33,153 bases of DNA, taken from NCBI GenBank assembly GCA_031763465.1, contig JARFOE010000013.1, forward strand, positions 11,142,836 to 11,175,988, written 5' to 3'. Source of the stretch: Squatina squatina. Lineage: Eukaryota. The notes below the pieces were generated by a model that saw nothing but the letters and a program-made list of their open reading frames with translations, searched no databases and was not told the DNA's origin. Below, in pieces: positions 22,089-33,153 of this stretch. Made by a program: the position numbers and the translations under genes. Each line of letters begins with the position of its first letter. Position 1 is the first letter of the stretch.

Positions 22089-23101
22089 CTATTCCACCCA
22101 AGCACGGTGACAAACATGGCTGCTCCACAAGTGCTTGCTGTATGATTTATGTCGGGTTTTACCTTATGGCACGAGCAGTTATCAGGTTGGAAAATTCCTT
22201 CATTGCATCTAAACAAGTGCCACAAAAAAATGAATATTGAACATCTAGACCCTGAAGATAGTTTATTATTTAATTGTTATTTAAGATTTAGTTCTCACCA
22301 TCACCCCATTTTCTGAGGCCAAATGCATGAATTGGTGCCTGGTCTTTTCAGACTGTAACAGGCTGTCTGTCCCCAGTATCATTCTGAGATGCTAAATGTT
22401 ACATTTAGCCAGGATCTGGTGTCTGGGCAGATTGCCACATACTTCACAGAAGCACGAATGACAAGGTCACAGTTAATTTTCTGCACACGTTGTGATCTGA
22501 TTTAAGATTCCTTTCTTCTTCCAATAATTTTCTGGCCTAATAGATTACCCTTGACGTACAGTATCGTATGATGTAGATGTAACGTAGCACACAGATTTAT
22601 AATGACAAATAATAACTTGTCTTATACTGGTTGAAATTAATGATGTTCTCCAGTGATTTACCCAGCAATCTAATAATGAGATTATGAATCCAATATAATT
22701 ACAGGATTTTAGTTCAAAAGGACTCACTCAGAAACCTGCAACCATGCCGAAACACTTCAATCAGAAATCAGAATATTGTACTGGAGAATGGGGTGCCACA
22801 GTGGATTAGCACACTGCACTTGCAGTCTGAGTAGGGAAATATCTAAAGGCTCTGAGATGCTGATTGTTATCTACTGTCATGTGTTTTGTTTTTTGAAGCA
22901 GCAGTTTCAAAGCTACATTCTAATTTTTAAGGCCTGCTTTGGTTATAGCAGCACTGTTGAGAACAGCATTTTCTTTTAGTTTTTATTTAACTATCCATGA
23001 GATGCTTCCCAGCACATGTTGATTAATTGATTCACGCTGACTGGTGTGTCCAGTAGCCAGCTGCCAATCATCGTCCCTAATCCTTCCTCTTCCTTCACAA
23101 C

Positions 23102-23266
23102 GTCAGCTGTGGCTCAGTGGGTAGCGCCCTCACCTCTGAGTCCGAAGGTTGTGGGTTCAAGTCCCACTCCAGAGACTTGAGCACAAAAATCTAGGCTGAC
23201 ACTCCAGTGCAGCGCTGGGGGAGTGCCGCACTGTTGGCGGCGCCATGCTTTGGATGAGATGTTAAA
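23102..23266 (+). mobile_element. DeuSINE (SacSINE1-like) 5' part
   Basis: A box TGGCTCAGTGG and B box GGTTCAAGTCC are present, and the sequence matches 17520-17670. Confidence 0.92.
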
Positions 23267-24339
23267 TCATTTGCATCCGCAGAATATTGCCTTAAGCTTT
23301 TGGGCACCGGACTCGGAGGAGGAGAGGGGTGAGTACGGGCGCAGCTGTTGTTTTTTATTTCGGCGCTTTAATTNNNNNNNNNNNNNNNNNNNNNNNNNNN
23401 NNNNNNNNNNNNNNNNNNNNNNNNNNNNNNNNNNNNNNNNNNNNNNNNNNNNNNNNNNNNNNNNNNNNNNNNNTAATTAACCCTATAGTTTTCGATATAT
23501 GCACATTTTCTCCCTTTTATCTTCACATAGCTATTCATGTAATTTTGAATTACAATTCATACGTTTCAGTGAACCACTTTTATCTGCTTTGGTCTTTTAT
23601 CCATCGGACATAATTAGGATATATCGGCAATCCTGCTCTAAAAAGACCAGACATTCAACAGTTTTCCAAGGAAGTATAAAGCGTATTAGACAAAAGTAGG
23701 AATAATTGAAANNNNNNNNNNTTCAGTGATTGCGTTCACATTGCAAATGACATCCCATTACATTCTTGGAATCCTAAAGGATTTCAGCCTCGAAGGCGAG
23801 AGTCAACACAACATCGCTGAGTGTTAAATAATACGGTAGATTGTGTAAATGTTGGACATTGCTGGCTATTGGGTAAAAACATCAAGAATTGAGCTTAGGT
23901 AACCTGTTTTGAAGTGACAGTTCCATCTTCTATAAATTTATCTTTCAATAAGGGACAGTGTATAGTTTCTGAAGGCTTGGCTCTTAAATTCCTTAATTGG
24001 CCCTGCTCTTCAACGCGAGTAAAATTATAACTACACACATATGTACACTGGCATTGATGAAGATAGCTTTCAGAATGTTGAATACTAGATTCACAATTCC
24101 TAGCTCATCTGTATTCATTTACAAACAAATATGCCCTTGAGAGGATTGGAGATATGTCAATGTATTGTGCACTGCTCATAATTGCTTTTAAATCTGGTGG
24201 TACAGCTGCTGTAGCTTCCAGGTGACATGGAGCTGATGGAGAGCACAAAGCTCACCATCTACCACAGAGGGACCGTAACTACCAGTTGTTCCTCAGGATA
24301 AAAAGTGATCTGACAAAGAGTTTCTTCTGTTCAACGAAA

Positions 24340-24583
24340 ATGATGCTTTGGGCTACCCTTGAAGAGGTGNNNNNNNNNNNNNNNNNNNNNNNNNNNNNNN
24401 NNNNNNNNNNNNNNNNNNNNNNNNNNNNNNNNNNNNNNNNNNNNNNNNNNNNNNNNNNNNNNNNNNNNNGGATTTTGATCCAGTGACGATGACGGAACGG
24501 CGATATATTGCCAAGTCAGAATAGTGTGCGACTTGGAGGGGGAATTGGAGGTGTTGGTGTTCCCATACACCTGCTGCTCTCCT
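24340..24583 (-). mobile_element. CR1-group LINE ORF2 3' region spanning a gap
   Basis: ORF-track peptides SPSKSHTILTWQYIAVPSS and RRAAGVWEH. A tail remnant CCCTTGAAGAGGTG before the gap resembles the family B tail. Confidence 0.7.
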
Positions 24584-24589
24584 TTTGAC

Positions 24590-24683
24590 TTCAGTGGAGT
24601 GTAAAATGGGGCGGGGTGTAAAACCAGCATTGGACCCCATCCCATCAGATTTCCAAAGGGCAATTTTGGTTAAAATTAGCCCC
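24590..24683. mobile_element. MITE-like right end
   Basis: GTGTAAAATGGGGCGGGGTGTAAAA...GGTTAAAATTAGCCCC. Confidence 0.4.
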
Positions 24684-24971
24684 ACCATCTTTGATGGTAA
24701 ACATTTAAGCACTGTTGATGAAATTTCATCTTGCTGACCCGTTCCCACTGGCACAAGGAACTGAATAGAAAACCAGCAGCGCGGACGGTGTCATTTATCC
24801 ATCCAAACTCCTTTTAATATTGAAGCAATTTTTGTTTTGAAAAAATCTTTGTCTACAGCTTTGTAAACAATGGGAACTAGCTTGTCACCGTTCTGTTTCC
24901 TTCCCGGGTATTTTCCAGCATCTCCTGACTCTCTTTAACATAAAACAACAAACTACATTAACTACTAGTAG

Positions 24972-25165
24972 AAAGCATAATACTGCGAGTGCTGGGAATC
25001 TGAAACACAAACAGGAAAAGCTGGTCGGTCAGTGTCTATGGAGAGAACAGACGCTCAACTTTTCAGGCTTGTATCAGGGACAAAGACAAGCAAGCACATT
25101 AATCTCTTTTTGGAGCTGGTAGGTCCACTGTACATTGCCAGAATACTCTGTTTTGATTTCAAACC
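24972..25165. mobile_element. Degenerate Penelope/MER6-like repeat
   Basis: AAAGCATAATACTGCG..TGCTGG.AATCTGAAA matches the family at 4366, with an inverted counterpart CCAG..CTGTTTTGATTTCA. Confidence 0.55.
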
Positions 25166-25377
25166 TGACCGACAAGCTTTCCATAGCTCTCATTTGCTTG
25201 TCTTTGCCTTTGCCTTCCACCCTCTTGGCTCCTGACATGTCCTATGATTCTTTAATGTCTTTAACTTCTTAAATGATNNNNNNNNNNNNNNNNNNNNNNN
25301 NNNNNNNNNNNNNNNNNNNNNNNNNNNNNNNNNNNNNNNNNNNNNNNNNNNNNNNNNNNNNNNNNNNNNNNNNNNNN

Positions 25378-25680
25378 AACGAGGTGTTCCCCCCACCCCC
25401 CTTTTAAGAGGGCCGTTGCAGTGACCGGTTTTCCTGTCGCTGTAACCGCCTGGCGCTGCGGCAGTCGCTCGCGGGATGCAAATGTGCCGCAAAGGGAGTC
25501 GCAACTGCGCGGTGATGGTTGACACGCATTTTGATGACTTGCGCCGACCCGCCGTGAAATTCAGCTGGCCAGGCACAAAGGCCTTTGCACTCCAGCCGAA
25601 TTTCCAGGGAGGTGAGATGGCTGCCTCTCGGTGTCATTTTTTTCCTCTAACGCCCCGTACAGGAGATGAATTTCGGCCCC
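25378..25680. mobile_element. Harbinger-type MITE right part
   Basis: CpG-rich, ends GAATTTCGGCCCC, and shares CCCCACCCCC..TTTAAG.G.GGCC with 26577-26605. Confidence 0.65.
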
Positions 25681-26361
25681 ACACGGTTTGCCCCATTGTT
25701 CACCAAGGCCCGTATTGCCCTGGCTGCGCCATTATCAGCAACTTTGTGGGCAAAACATTAAAAAACCTAAATGGACTATTGTAAGTCTGTATAACCGGGC
25801 ATGCTGCGAGATGCCCCTTTCCAACAAAATGTGCCGGAATGACCTGATGTGGAACTATTTAGACTTTGGTTGCTATTTTTGTGCTCCATTCAGTGACACC
25901 TGCATGAAATGCACCTTGTTTTTTTTTTACAGCCATTGCTTTAACACCTGACTGGGTAAACCTTGTGACTTTTTTTTCCCAGTTCTCAATGTGACAGTGT
26001 TGTTACACGAATCTCCTAGGATCATCGAAGGAGTCAAATTTGAACATCAGAGTGTGAAGAGAGTTAACTGTAAAAATGTTATCAAGGAAAATATCAGCAG
26101 ATATGCAGACTGTTGTAAAGGAATGTAGAATGCACTTCTCACCACAGGACAAAGGGAGAATATAAAGGATCCATTTGCTTCATTTTGACAGTTTGAGGGC
26201 TCTTGAACTTTCAAGTGCAAATTGCTTCATTATTGAGAAAAATGAGGTCTAGGTTCTTTCANNNNNNNNNNNNNNNNNNNNNNNNNNNNNNNNNNNNNNN
26301 NNNNNNNNNNNNNNNNNNNNNNNNNNNNNNNNNNNNNNNNNNNNNNNNNNNNNNNNNNNNN

Positions 26362-26835
26362 TGTCGCTGCAACAGCCCTCTTACAGGGCCTGTGCGCCTG
26401 CTGCCGCCAACTTTATTTGTTGGCCGACCCTTATGTCGGCCAAATGATACCGGCCCGTGGCCCGATCAGGCCATCATCGCTTGGCCCGCCGACTGGCATG
26501 CCAGGCTGGTGTCCCGATCACTGCCATCCCTGGTGGCCCAGTGGCGGGCCGCGGGGCACCCTCAGGATGGTCGGCACCCCCCACCCCCCTCTTTAAGGGA
26601 GGCCTGGCCATGCTCCTGACTTCTGCGCGCTGACGCGGCACAGTTGAAGTTGCTAGCGTGGCGCTGAGGCCACGTCAGCGAAGTCCCCCGCCAGCCGCCA
26701 GGGAGTGAGGATGGCATCGTTGCTCCTCATTCCTGCCCCGGAACGGCAAATTCTGCGGCTGGCGGGAGCCGGTGTGAAAAATGCTGGCTCCTACCCCGCT
26801 ACCGCTCTGAAGCGACGCAGATTAATTCCTAGCCC
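26362..26835. mobile_element. Harbinger-type MITE right part
   Basis: Very GC/CpG-rich block emerging from a gap and ending AATTCCTAGCCC. It shares a motif with 25390. Confidence 0.6.
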
Positions 26836-27505
26836 TCGCAGTCCCTGCAATCTAATGGTGCTGCAAACAAGTAAGTTTGACCACACCCTTGAGGGTTAAA
26901 TTATTTTTTTCACTTTGGAGCAGAACATTTGTAAATGATCAACAGAGGGAAAGTAGACTCTTGTGATGCTTTCTAATGCCATGATCTTTGAGAAAACATG
27001 CATGGTTCATAGCTCTGTATACAACAGAGCAGCCACATAAATCCCCTCCTCCACACTTTCATCTTCCCAAAACTGCATTATGAAAGGGTCTGTTGCATTA
27101 AACTATTTCTTGAGGCAGCAATGAGAATAATGACAAAAGTGAATGACACTGATGGAAAGCAATTTGGCCAAATGGAGGAGTGTAATGGCTTGGCTCTGTT
27201 GCACTGACAGTAACCAATTTGAAAAAGCAGAGAGGCACAGTGCGGCAGAAACTCGGAGAAATGAAACAAGCTCCCCCACCCCCACCACCCGCCTTTGACA
27301 ACAGTCAGCATTCAGCATATCAGAATATCATTTATCTATGTCTGGGTAATTATTTTAATGGAAAGGATAAGAGCATTCTCTCATGAAAACACTTTACAGG
27401 CACTGTGATCATGAAGAGGCTATCTGCAGAAGATGTTTCATTGCATGAATTTTAGGCCTTCGGTTTTTGGTTTGTTAAACTTTCACTGAAAGCTTGTCCT
27501 GTGAT

Positions 27506-27757
27506 TAGGGTTGCCAACTCTGGATATATTTCTGGAAGTTTCATCGCGTGACCTCCCGCCTCACTCAGTCAAACAGCCTATTTTCCATCTCCAATATATA
27601 CGATGACTAATAACGAGAAGTGTTCAAAGAGAATGAAGAAAGCACACACTTTTTTAATGCCAATATAAATTTTTTCCTGGTTGCTTGCAGCAGTGTGCTG
27701 GAGATTAATTTCAATTCTTGGAGACTCCAGGACAATCCTGGAGGATTGGCAACCTTA
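27506..27757. mobile_element. Complete 252-bp hAT (Tip100-like) MITE with 8-bp TSD
   Basis: TIRs TAGGGTTGCCA (27506-27516) and TGGCAACCTTA (27747-27757). Perfect direct repeat CCTGTGAT at 27498-27505 and 27758-27765. Confidence 0.95.
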
Positions 27758-27894
27758 CCTGTGATATACTTGCACTTTCAAGCAAATCAAATTTTACAGC
27801 TTTCTACTCATTGGTTCATATTTTTTATCAGTTCACTGCTCTTCCCTCCGGGACAGATGTTTATGAGTTCATGTCCCACACCAAGACTTCATCA

Positions 27895-28135
27895 TGGAAT
27901 GGAAAAAGTACAGCATAGATTTAATACAAAGTTACCAGCGTGGTTAAAACTATGAGAAGAAATGAGAGAAGCTAGGGATTTTTTCAACAGAGGTTGAGGG
28001 TTCACCAGATAAATGCCTTCAAGATTATGAGGATTTACGATAAAGTTAATTGTAATCGATTGTATCCACTGGAAGGTGAAATGGCAGCAAAAGGACAGAA
28101 ATAAAAATAATTCAAGGGGGAGGGGAGAATTCTTC
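27895..28135 (+). mobile_element. Old CR1 ORF2 C-terminal fragment
   Basis: Relics MEKVQHRF, EKLG.F and FKIMRIYDKV across frames. Confidence 0.7.
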
Positions 28136-29577
28136 NNNNNNNNNNNNNNNNNNNNNNNNNNNNNNNNNNNNNNNNNNNNNNNNNNNNNNNNNNNNNNNNN
28201 NNNNNNNNNNNNNNNNNNNNNNNNNNNNNNNNNNNTATCCACACAAGTCATGATGTTTTCAAGGCTGCTATATGGGTTGATAGCATGCCAGCTCTCATAT
28301 TGCGACCACCCTTTTCCAAGAGTTTTATTTCTACTCCCAGACCAAGTCTTTCTCCTCTTCAGCATGTTGCAAGAAGAGAGAGGTGATGGATGGTCCTTTG
28401 CTGAAAGGTTGAGATTATATTCTGCTCCAAGCTCCTAATGAATCTCCTTGTGCAGAGTGCAGACCACCAACAGCCTTCACCTTTCTGTGCCTGCAGCCTC
28501 TGAGAAGAGTGATGTGATTAGAGTGTGAATCCTCGGGCATCGATAAAAAACCCTGATGACAACGTTAGTGAAGCAGAGGATCTAAAGAGATTGAAGAGAC
28601 TTAAAATCAGTAAAACCCAAGGATAGATGAACTATATCTGAGGGTACGATGGAGGAGATATGTGCATCATTTTTAGGGAGACAGTGATTATTGACAATGT
28701 TCCAGTGTTGGACTTTGTCTAGTGAACTGGAATTGTGAAATAGGTCAACAAATTCAAATGAGTATTCCTTGGCACTTGAATGTCTTGCCTGTTGATGAAG
28801 ACTAGCAAAATGTTTGGGATTGTTATGTTTCAAGTCACAGTGTTTTCAAAGTGATAAATGTTTTTAAAAGATAGAGAGGGAAAAGGGAGNNNNNNNNNNN
28901 NNNNNNNNNNNNNNNNNNNNNNNNNNNNNNNNNNNNNNNNNNNNNNNNNNNNNNNNNNNNNNNNNNNNNNNNNNNNNNNNNNNNNNNNNATAAGGAGAAA
29001 TTATAGCAGATGCCAGTTTTTTGGGAAACATGCAGCTGGAATTGACTGAAACAAGTTCTAGGTTATTCATGATCAATACTGCTTATGGGAAGTACTGATT
29101 CTTATTGATTCCTCTGGCATTGCATCTGCTCTGGAAGTACATCATCAAATAATTCATTGATATATGAACACATTAAGATGATGGACCCATCTATTCTGTT
29201 TCAGATCATAGGAATTCCAGCATTATATATTTTTATTAGGAATTTAGAGCTTGTCAGTATTGTAATAATTTTAAAATTGACCTCTGTGACGATATGTCAG
29301 CGAGCTGTCAGTGTTTCTCTGTATGGTGGAAGGAATGAAATACACATTCATTTGTCTAGTATCCTTGAATCATTCCTATTCAATCCTTTGGATTTCTTTT
29401 CTTGTCTGATGTCTCTAGTTACATTTGAGGAAATATATATAACCATGAACCAGCTATGTGGAACAGAAGTTTTATCACCCTATTTTGTTAAAGAATGTGC
29501 AGTAGATAAGGAACAGAGGCTTAACGGCCAGCTGTGTGTGTTCATTCTATCCAGGCTAACCATTTTTTTTAAACCGA

Positions 29578-30250
29578 GGGGCTGAAATTGTCTGACGCCT
29601 CTGCGGAAGCATTAAGGCAAAAGTTAGCGCCTCGATTCGGAGGCGCTATGATGTTGCAAAATTCGCCATTTTTTTCCTGGGAGACACAAATCGGCCACTT
29701 TAGGTGCTGAGTGCGCCCGCTGGCCCCGGAGGCACTATGTTATCTTGACATTGCATGGGCCTCACATTGATTGATGTAAATGACCTCTGAGAGAAGAAAG
29801 GAGTGCCTAGTGCAGGAGATTGTTGCTGTCTCAAGGACTTTGCAACAGATTGAAGGCAATCACACCACTCTCTCACAAATGTTTTAAGGAAGGGCAACCA
29901 GAAAAGCCAACAGGGGAGAAGGCCTCCTTCAAGGACATCTGAGGCCACTCAAGGAGAAAAGGCCAGGTTGNNNNNNNNNNNNNNNNNNNNNNNNNNNNNN
30001 NNNNNNNNNNNNNNNNNNNNNNNNNNNNNNNNNNNNNNNNNNNNNNNNNNNNNNNNNNNNNNNNNNNNNNATTGTGGCACCTCAGGGACTGGATATCGAA
30101 CAAGCAGACTGACACCAAAGAGCCAGTGGAGGGGTCGAGAGAGGTGGTGAAGAGTTAGAGCTGGATTTCCTCTGTGTACGTGGGGAAGCTGACCCAATGT
30201 CTGCAAATGATGTCGCCAAGGGGCAGCATGTAGATGAGTAATATCTCTCA
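29578..30250 (+). mobile_element. Harbinger left end with possible Myb/SANT-like ORF relic
   Basis: TIR GGGGCTGAAATT, hairpin TAGCGCCTC/GAGGCGCTA (29625-29648), and weak peptide relics ECLVQEI and QQGRRPPSR. The right boundary is uncertain. Confidence 0.45.
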
Positions 30251-31749
30251 TCTTGATGCTCATATAGCATTATAATTGCTTACATCACTGTCATCCTTCC
30301 CGTGATACCTGTAATACTCATTGGTTTCATGGATTTGCACCAAATAAGTCTGATCTGATTTAGAATTTTTCAAATGTTAAACAAATAATAATGGCTGGCT
30401 TAGATCGGTGGTTGTAAAAGATTATTACAGTGCTGTGGCTTGTGATGTATCGTGTTATTTGAACCTGGGGATTTCCTTGCAACAAATTCCAAGCAAACTA
30501 TTATTTTTAACATGTGGTATTTAAATTTTCTTTCTGAAAATGTTATATTCCATCCTCAATGGCTGTCTTCTATTCAAGTGCAAATTAAGAAGTTATTTAA
30601 ACAACTCTGATTTATATTTATTTATTCACTACTGGCATTGGTATTGATTGTATCGGAACAAAAAAATAGTTTTCTTTTTAAAATCTGGTTTGTATAGCAG
30701 CAAACAAAATCCACCACAGTCAAAATAATTTTTACTCTGCAGTTTTTGTGGCTCCCACCTGGTTGACTCTGAACATTTATGATTTGCAGCGCTATCTGTA
30801 TTCTTCCCCAATTGCACAGCATCAATTAATTACATTCAGTGCAACAAACTGAACACAATCTCTACTGTATTATGTTAATCCCTCACCCAGTTTGTAAAAA
30901 TGTTTTTGTAAGTGGGATAATTATGCATGTATGAAAACTGCCAGGCGGATTCTTAATCACAGGACTTGTCAAATATATACCGTGTACATATGTTTCAATG
31001 CAAAGTTATTTCAAAATCCTATTTGTTTTTAATGATTCATTCATTAGATTTTCTTGGAATTAAAAGCTCAGTCAGAGCATTCAAATCAAGATTCTGTGTA
31101 TTAATGGAGAAGTCTGTCATGTAATAATAAGATGTAGCCACACACAATCTGATAATACCAATGATCACCTGTCTCTGGTATTCTACTATTTCCATTTTGA
31201 TTTTGATTTACATGTTATTATTTATGAGTATATTTTTAAAGTAAATTTAGAGAGAATAAATGATGCTCAGACTGTTTTGTCAGCCTGTAGCGCATCTGGG
31301 GGTATAACATAATAAACTGGGAGAATGAAGCTTGACTGGTTTACAAAGTCCCCTGATATCTGGGAATGCATTACAGCCTTCGGCACGTTACCAAACTTTG
31401 GTTTAATCCCTTAAAATTGCATGCACATTTTCAAATAATTTACATTATCCAAACTTTCAATCTATATGTTCACAATCTGCCTTCCATTCTCATCACCATT
31501 ACAGGTGCTGAGTTTTTTCTTCTGACGTTGTGTGACATGAGTGATGGTGCTGAAAAATAACGTCTATATTAGTTTTGACAAATCCACAAAGCTGAAACAA
31601 ATTGTTTATTTTCTCCCCTCCAGTCGAGAAGGCTATCTTAGTTGCATTGATTTTTTGGTAGCTCTTATCTTATCCAATTGGTCATTTCTAATGAGTGAGC
31701 CCAGGGAGTGAGTGCCCAAAGGGTGTTGACCCTTGACCAGTGTTTGCAA

Positions 31750-32010
31750 CTAAGCCTGATCCTTTCCTGACCTGGCATCCACACACATGCACATTCAAAC
31801 AGAGGCCATGGAACAGTACTCAGGAGTGTGAGCTGTGGCTGCTTTTCACCTCTCTTAGTAAGTGGGGGAGGGGTACTCAGGTCTTTATAGTGCCCCCCAC
31901 CACTCCCTCTCTCACACCAGCTAACTCAGCAGAGACCAGGCATCAAACCTGGGCCTTTTTCATTTGTGGCATCACAAGGTACATTTACCTATTAAGAACT
32001 CGAGGGAGTC
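31750..32010 (-). mobile_element. Old tRNA-derived SINE-like repeat (family C)
   Basis: Minus-strand B-box-like GGTTTGATGCC (31939-31949) followed by TGGTCTCTGCTGAGTTAGCTG. Homologous to 1830-2010. Confidence 0.65.
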
Positions 32011-32203
32011 CAGAAATTGCAGTGTATGATCACTTGATGGTACCTGTAATGTGTGACATGAAAAATATTGTGTTGCCAAGCCCGCAATGAGACTGCAAAA
32101 TGGAGGATACTCTGAAATGGAAAAGTCTACATCGTAGTATAAATATATAAATGGATGTTAGTCTAGAAGGTTTAGAACCTGCACGAGTGGAATAATAACA
32201 CAT

Positions 32204-32236
32204 ACAAATTACTTTATCACAAATTACTTTATCACA
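32204..32236. repeat. 15-bp tandem duplication
   Basis: ACAAATTACTTTATC x2 plus ACA. Confidence 0.9.
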
Positions 32237-33153
32237 GGATTGCTTAAAAAAGATTTTTGCAGGCAAGAACAATCAGTTCATTATCACAATTTTCTACCCA
32301 TTAACTTTGTTTCATTCATCTGTGTAAACTACAGACCCACAAGTAGGNNNNNNNNNNNNNNNNNNNNNNNNNNNNNNNNNNNNNNNNNNNNNNNNNNNNN
32401 NNNNNNNNNNNNNNNNNNNNNNNNNNNNNNNNNNNNNNNNNNNNNNNCAGTTTCAAGCCAGGTATGCTGGCATCTGGCCTTGGTGATATTGATTTCTGTT
32501 AGCCTGAAAAAGCTTCTTTCCATTTGAGCACTGCATCCATGAATTGAGATTTAGCCTCATCCATGAAATGAGCTTTCCAAGTGCACAAATGAGACATGGT
32601 AGCCCCAGAACTGTGGTCCATGCAGCTGGGTTGGCATCAGTGACTCTCATGAACATTAGTTAAGCAGCTGTTAAACCGTTTGATAAATGTGAAGCCAGCA
32701 TTATCAGAGGAAAGGCAGGATTGGCCACACATTTCTGGTGTTAACATTGCTGCCAAAGCAGTGAAAGATTGCTTCCAACAGAAAACTCGGCAAGTTTCAC
32801 ATGGAAAGACATTAGCAGCAATAAATCTCAAAAACAGGAATGTTAATGAACCTAGAATCAAAAGGGGAAAACATACCTCAATGTACCTTTTCATTTCCCT
32901 CAGTTAATTAAATGCTAAAATCTTCTTTGTATTCAGCACAGCACACAGTCATACGAGCACATTAAACGTGTTATTGTCCTTCAGCTCTAAGGTCATATTG
33001 AAACACAAATATAATTACACAATATAAGCATCAAGCACATCCTACATCTACCTGAATATATCAAAGAAAGAAACACTTCAATCAAATTTCTTCAGGGTTT
33101 GACTTAAAGATGCCATTTGAATTTTCTTTTCTAAATACTACAAAAATCTCATT

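Noticed and set aside
23102-23175. tRNA gene
   Set aside because: A and B boxes are present, but the sequence continues into a DeuSINE body, so it is a SINE head.
26362-26835. CpG-island promoter or coding exon
   Set aside because: It ends in a TIR-like motif and shares sequence with the 25378 element, and its ORFs look like GC-rich noise.
28505-28580. C/D snoRNA or hammerhead around CTGATGA
   Set aside because: There is no proper C box/terminal stem pairing and no GAAA or stem II.
28582-28889. Possible very old L2 ORF2 relic on the minus strand (NNPKHF..FVDLF)
   Set aside because: The similarity is too weak to support without a profile search.
29157-29585. 142-aa hydrophobic ORF
   Set aside because: It has a non-ATG start, composition typical of AT-rich non-coding DNA, and no recognisable motif.

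Overview
This is vertebrate, almost certainly cartilaginous-fish (shark-like), non-coding DNA from a fragmented assembly with 20 N gaps (17 of 100 N, two of 10 N, one of 619 N). The taxon is inferred from the repeat content. No intact protein-coding gene, rRNA, true tRNA or CRISPR array is supported. The window is mostly layered transposon fossils: CR1 and L2 LINE fragments, three tRNA-derived SINE families (including DeuSINE/SacSINE1-like copies), Penelope/MER6-like repeats (one with a decayed hammerhead core), two PIF/Harbinger transposase relics with many MITE ends, and one complete hAT MITE with a perfect 8-bp TSD. There is also a 41-bp minisatellite and an LTR-like segment. Unique AT-rich stretches between these look like developmental-enhancer CNEs, and a few strong + strand splice signals hint at a spliced transcript. 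The best lead is a tRNA/SINE head running directly into a LINE APE-endonuclease frame (16985-18035), with SINE-only copies of the same head elsewhere. Family names come from recalled consensus similarity, not database searches. I found no system I can call definitely novel.
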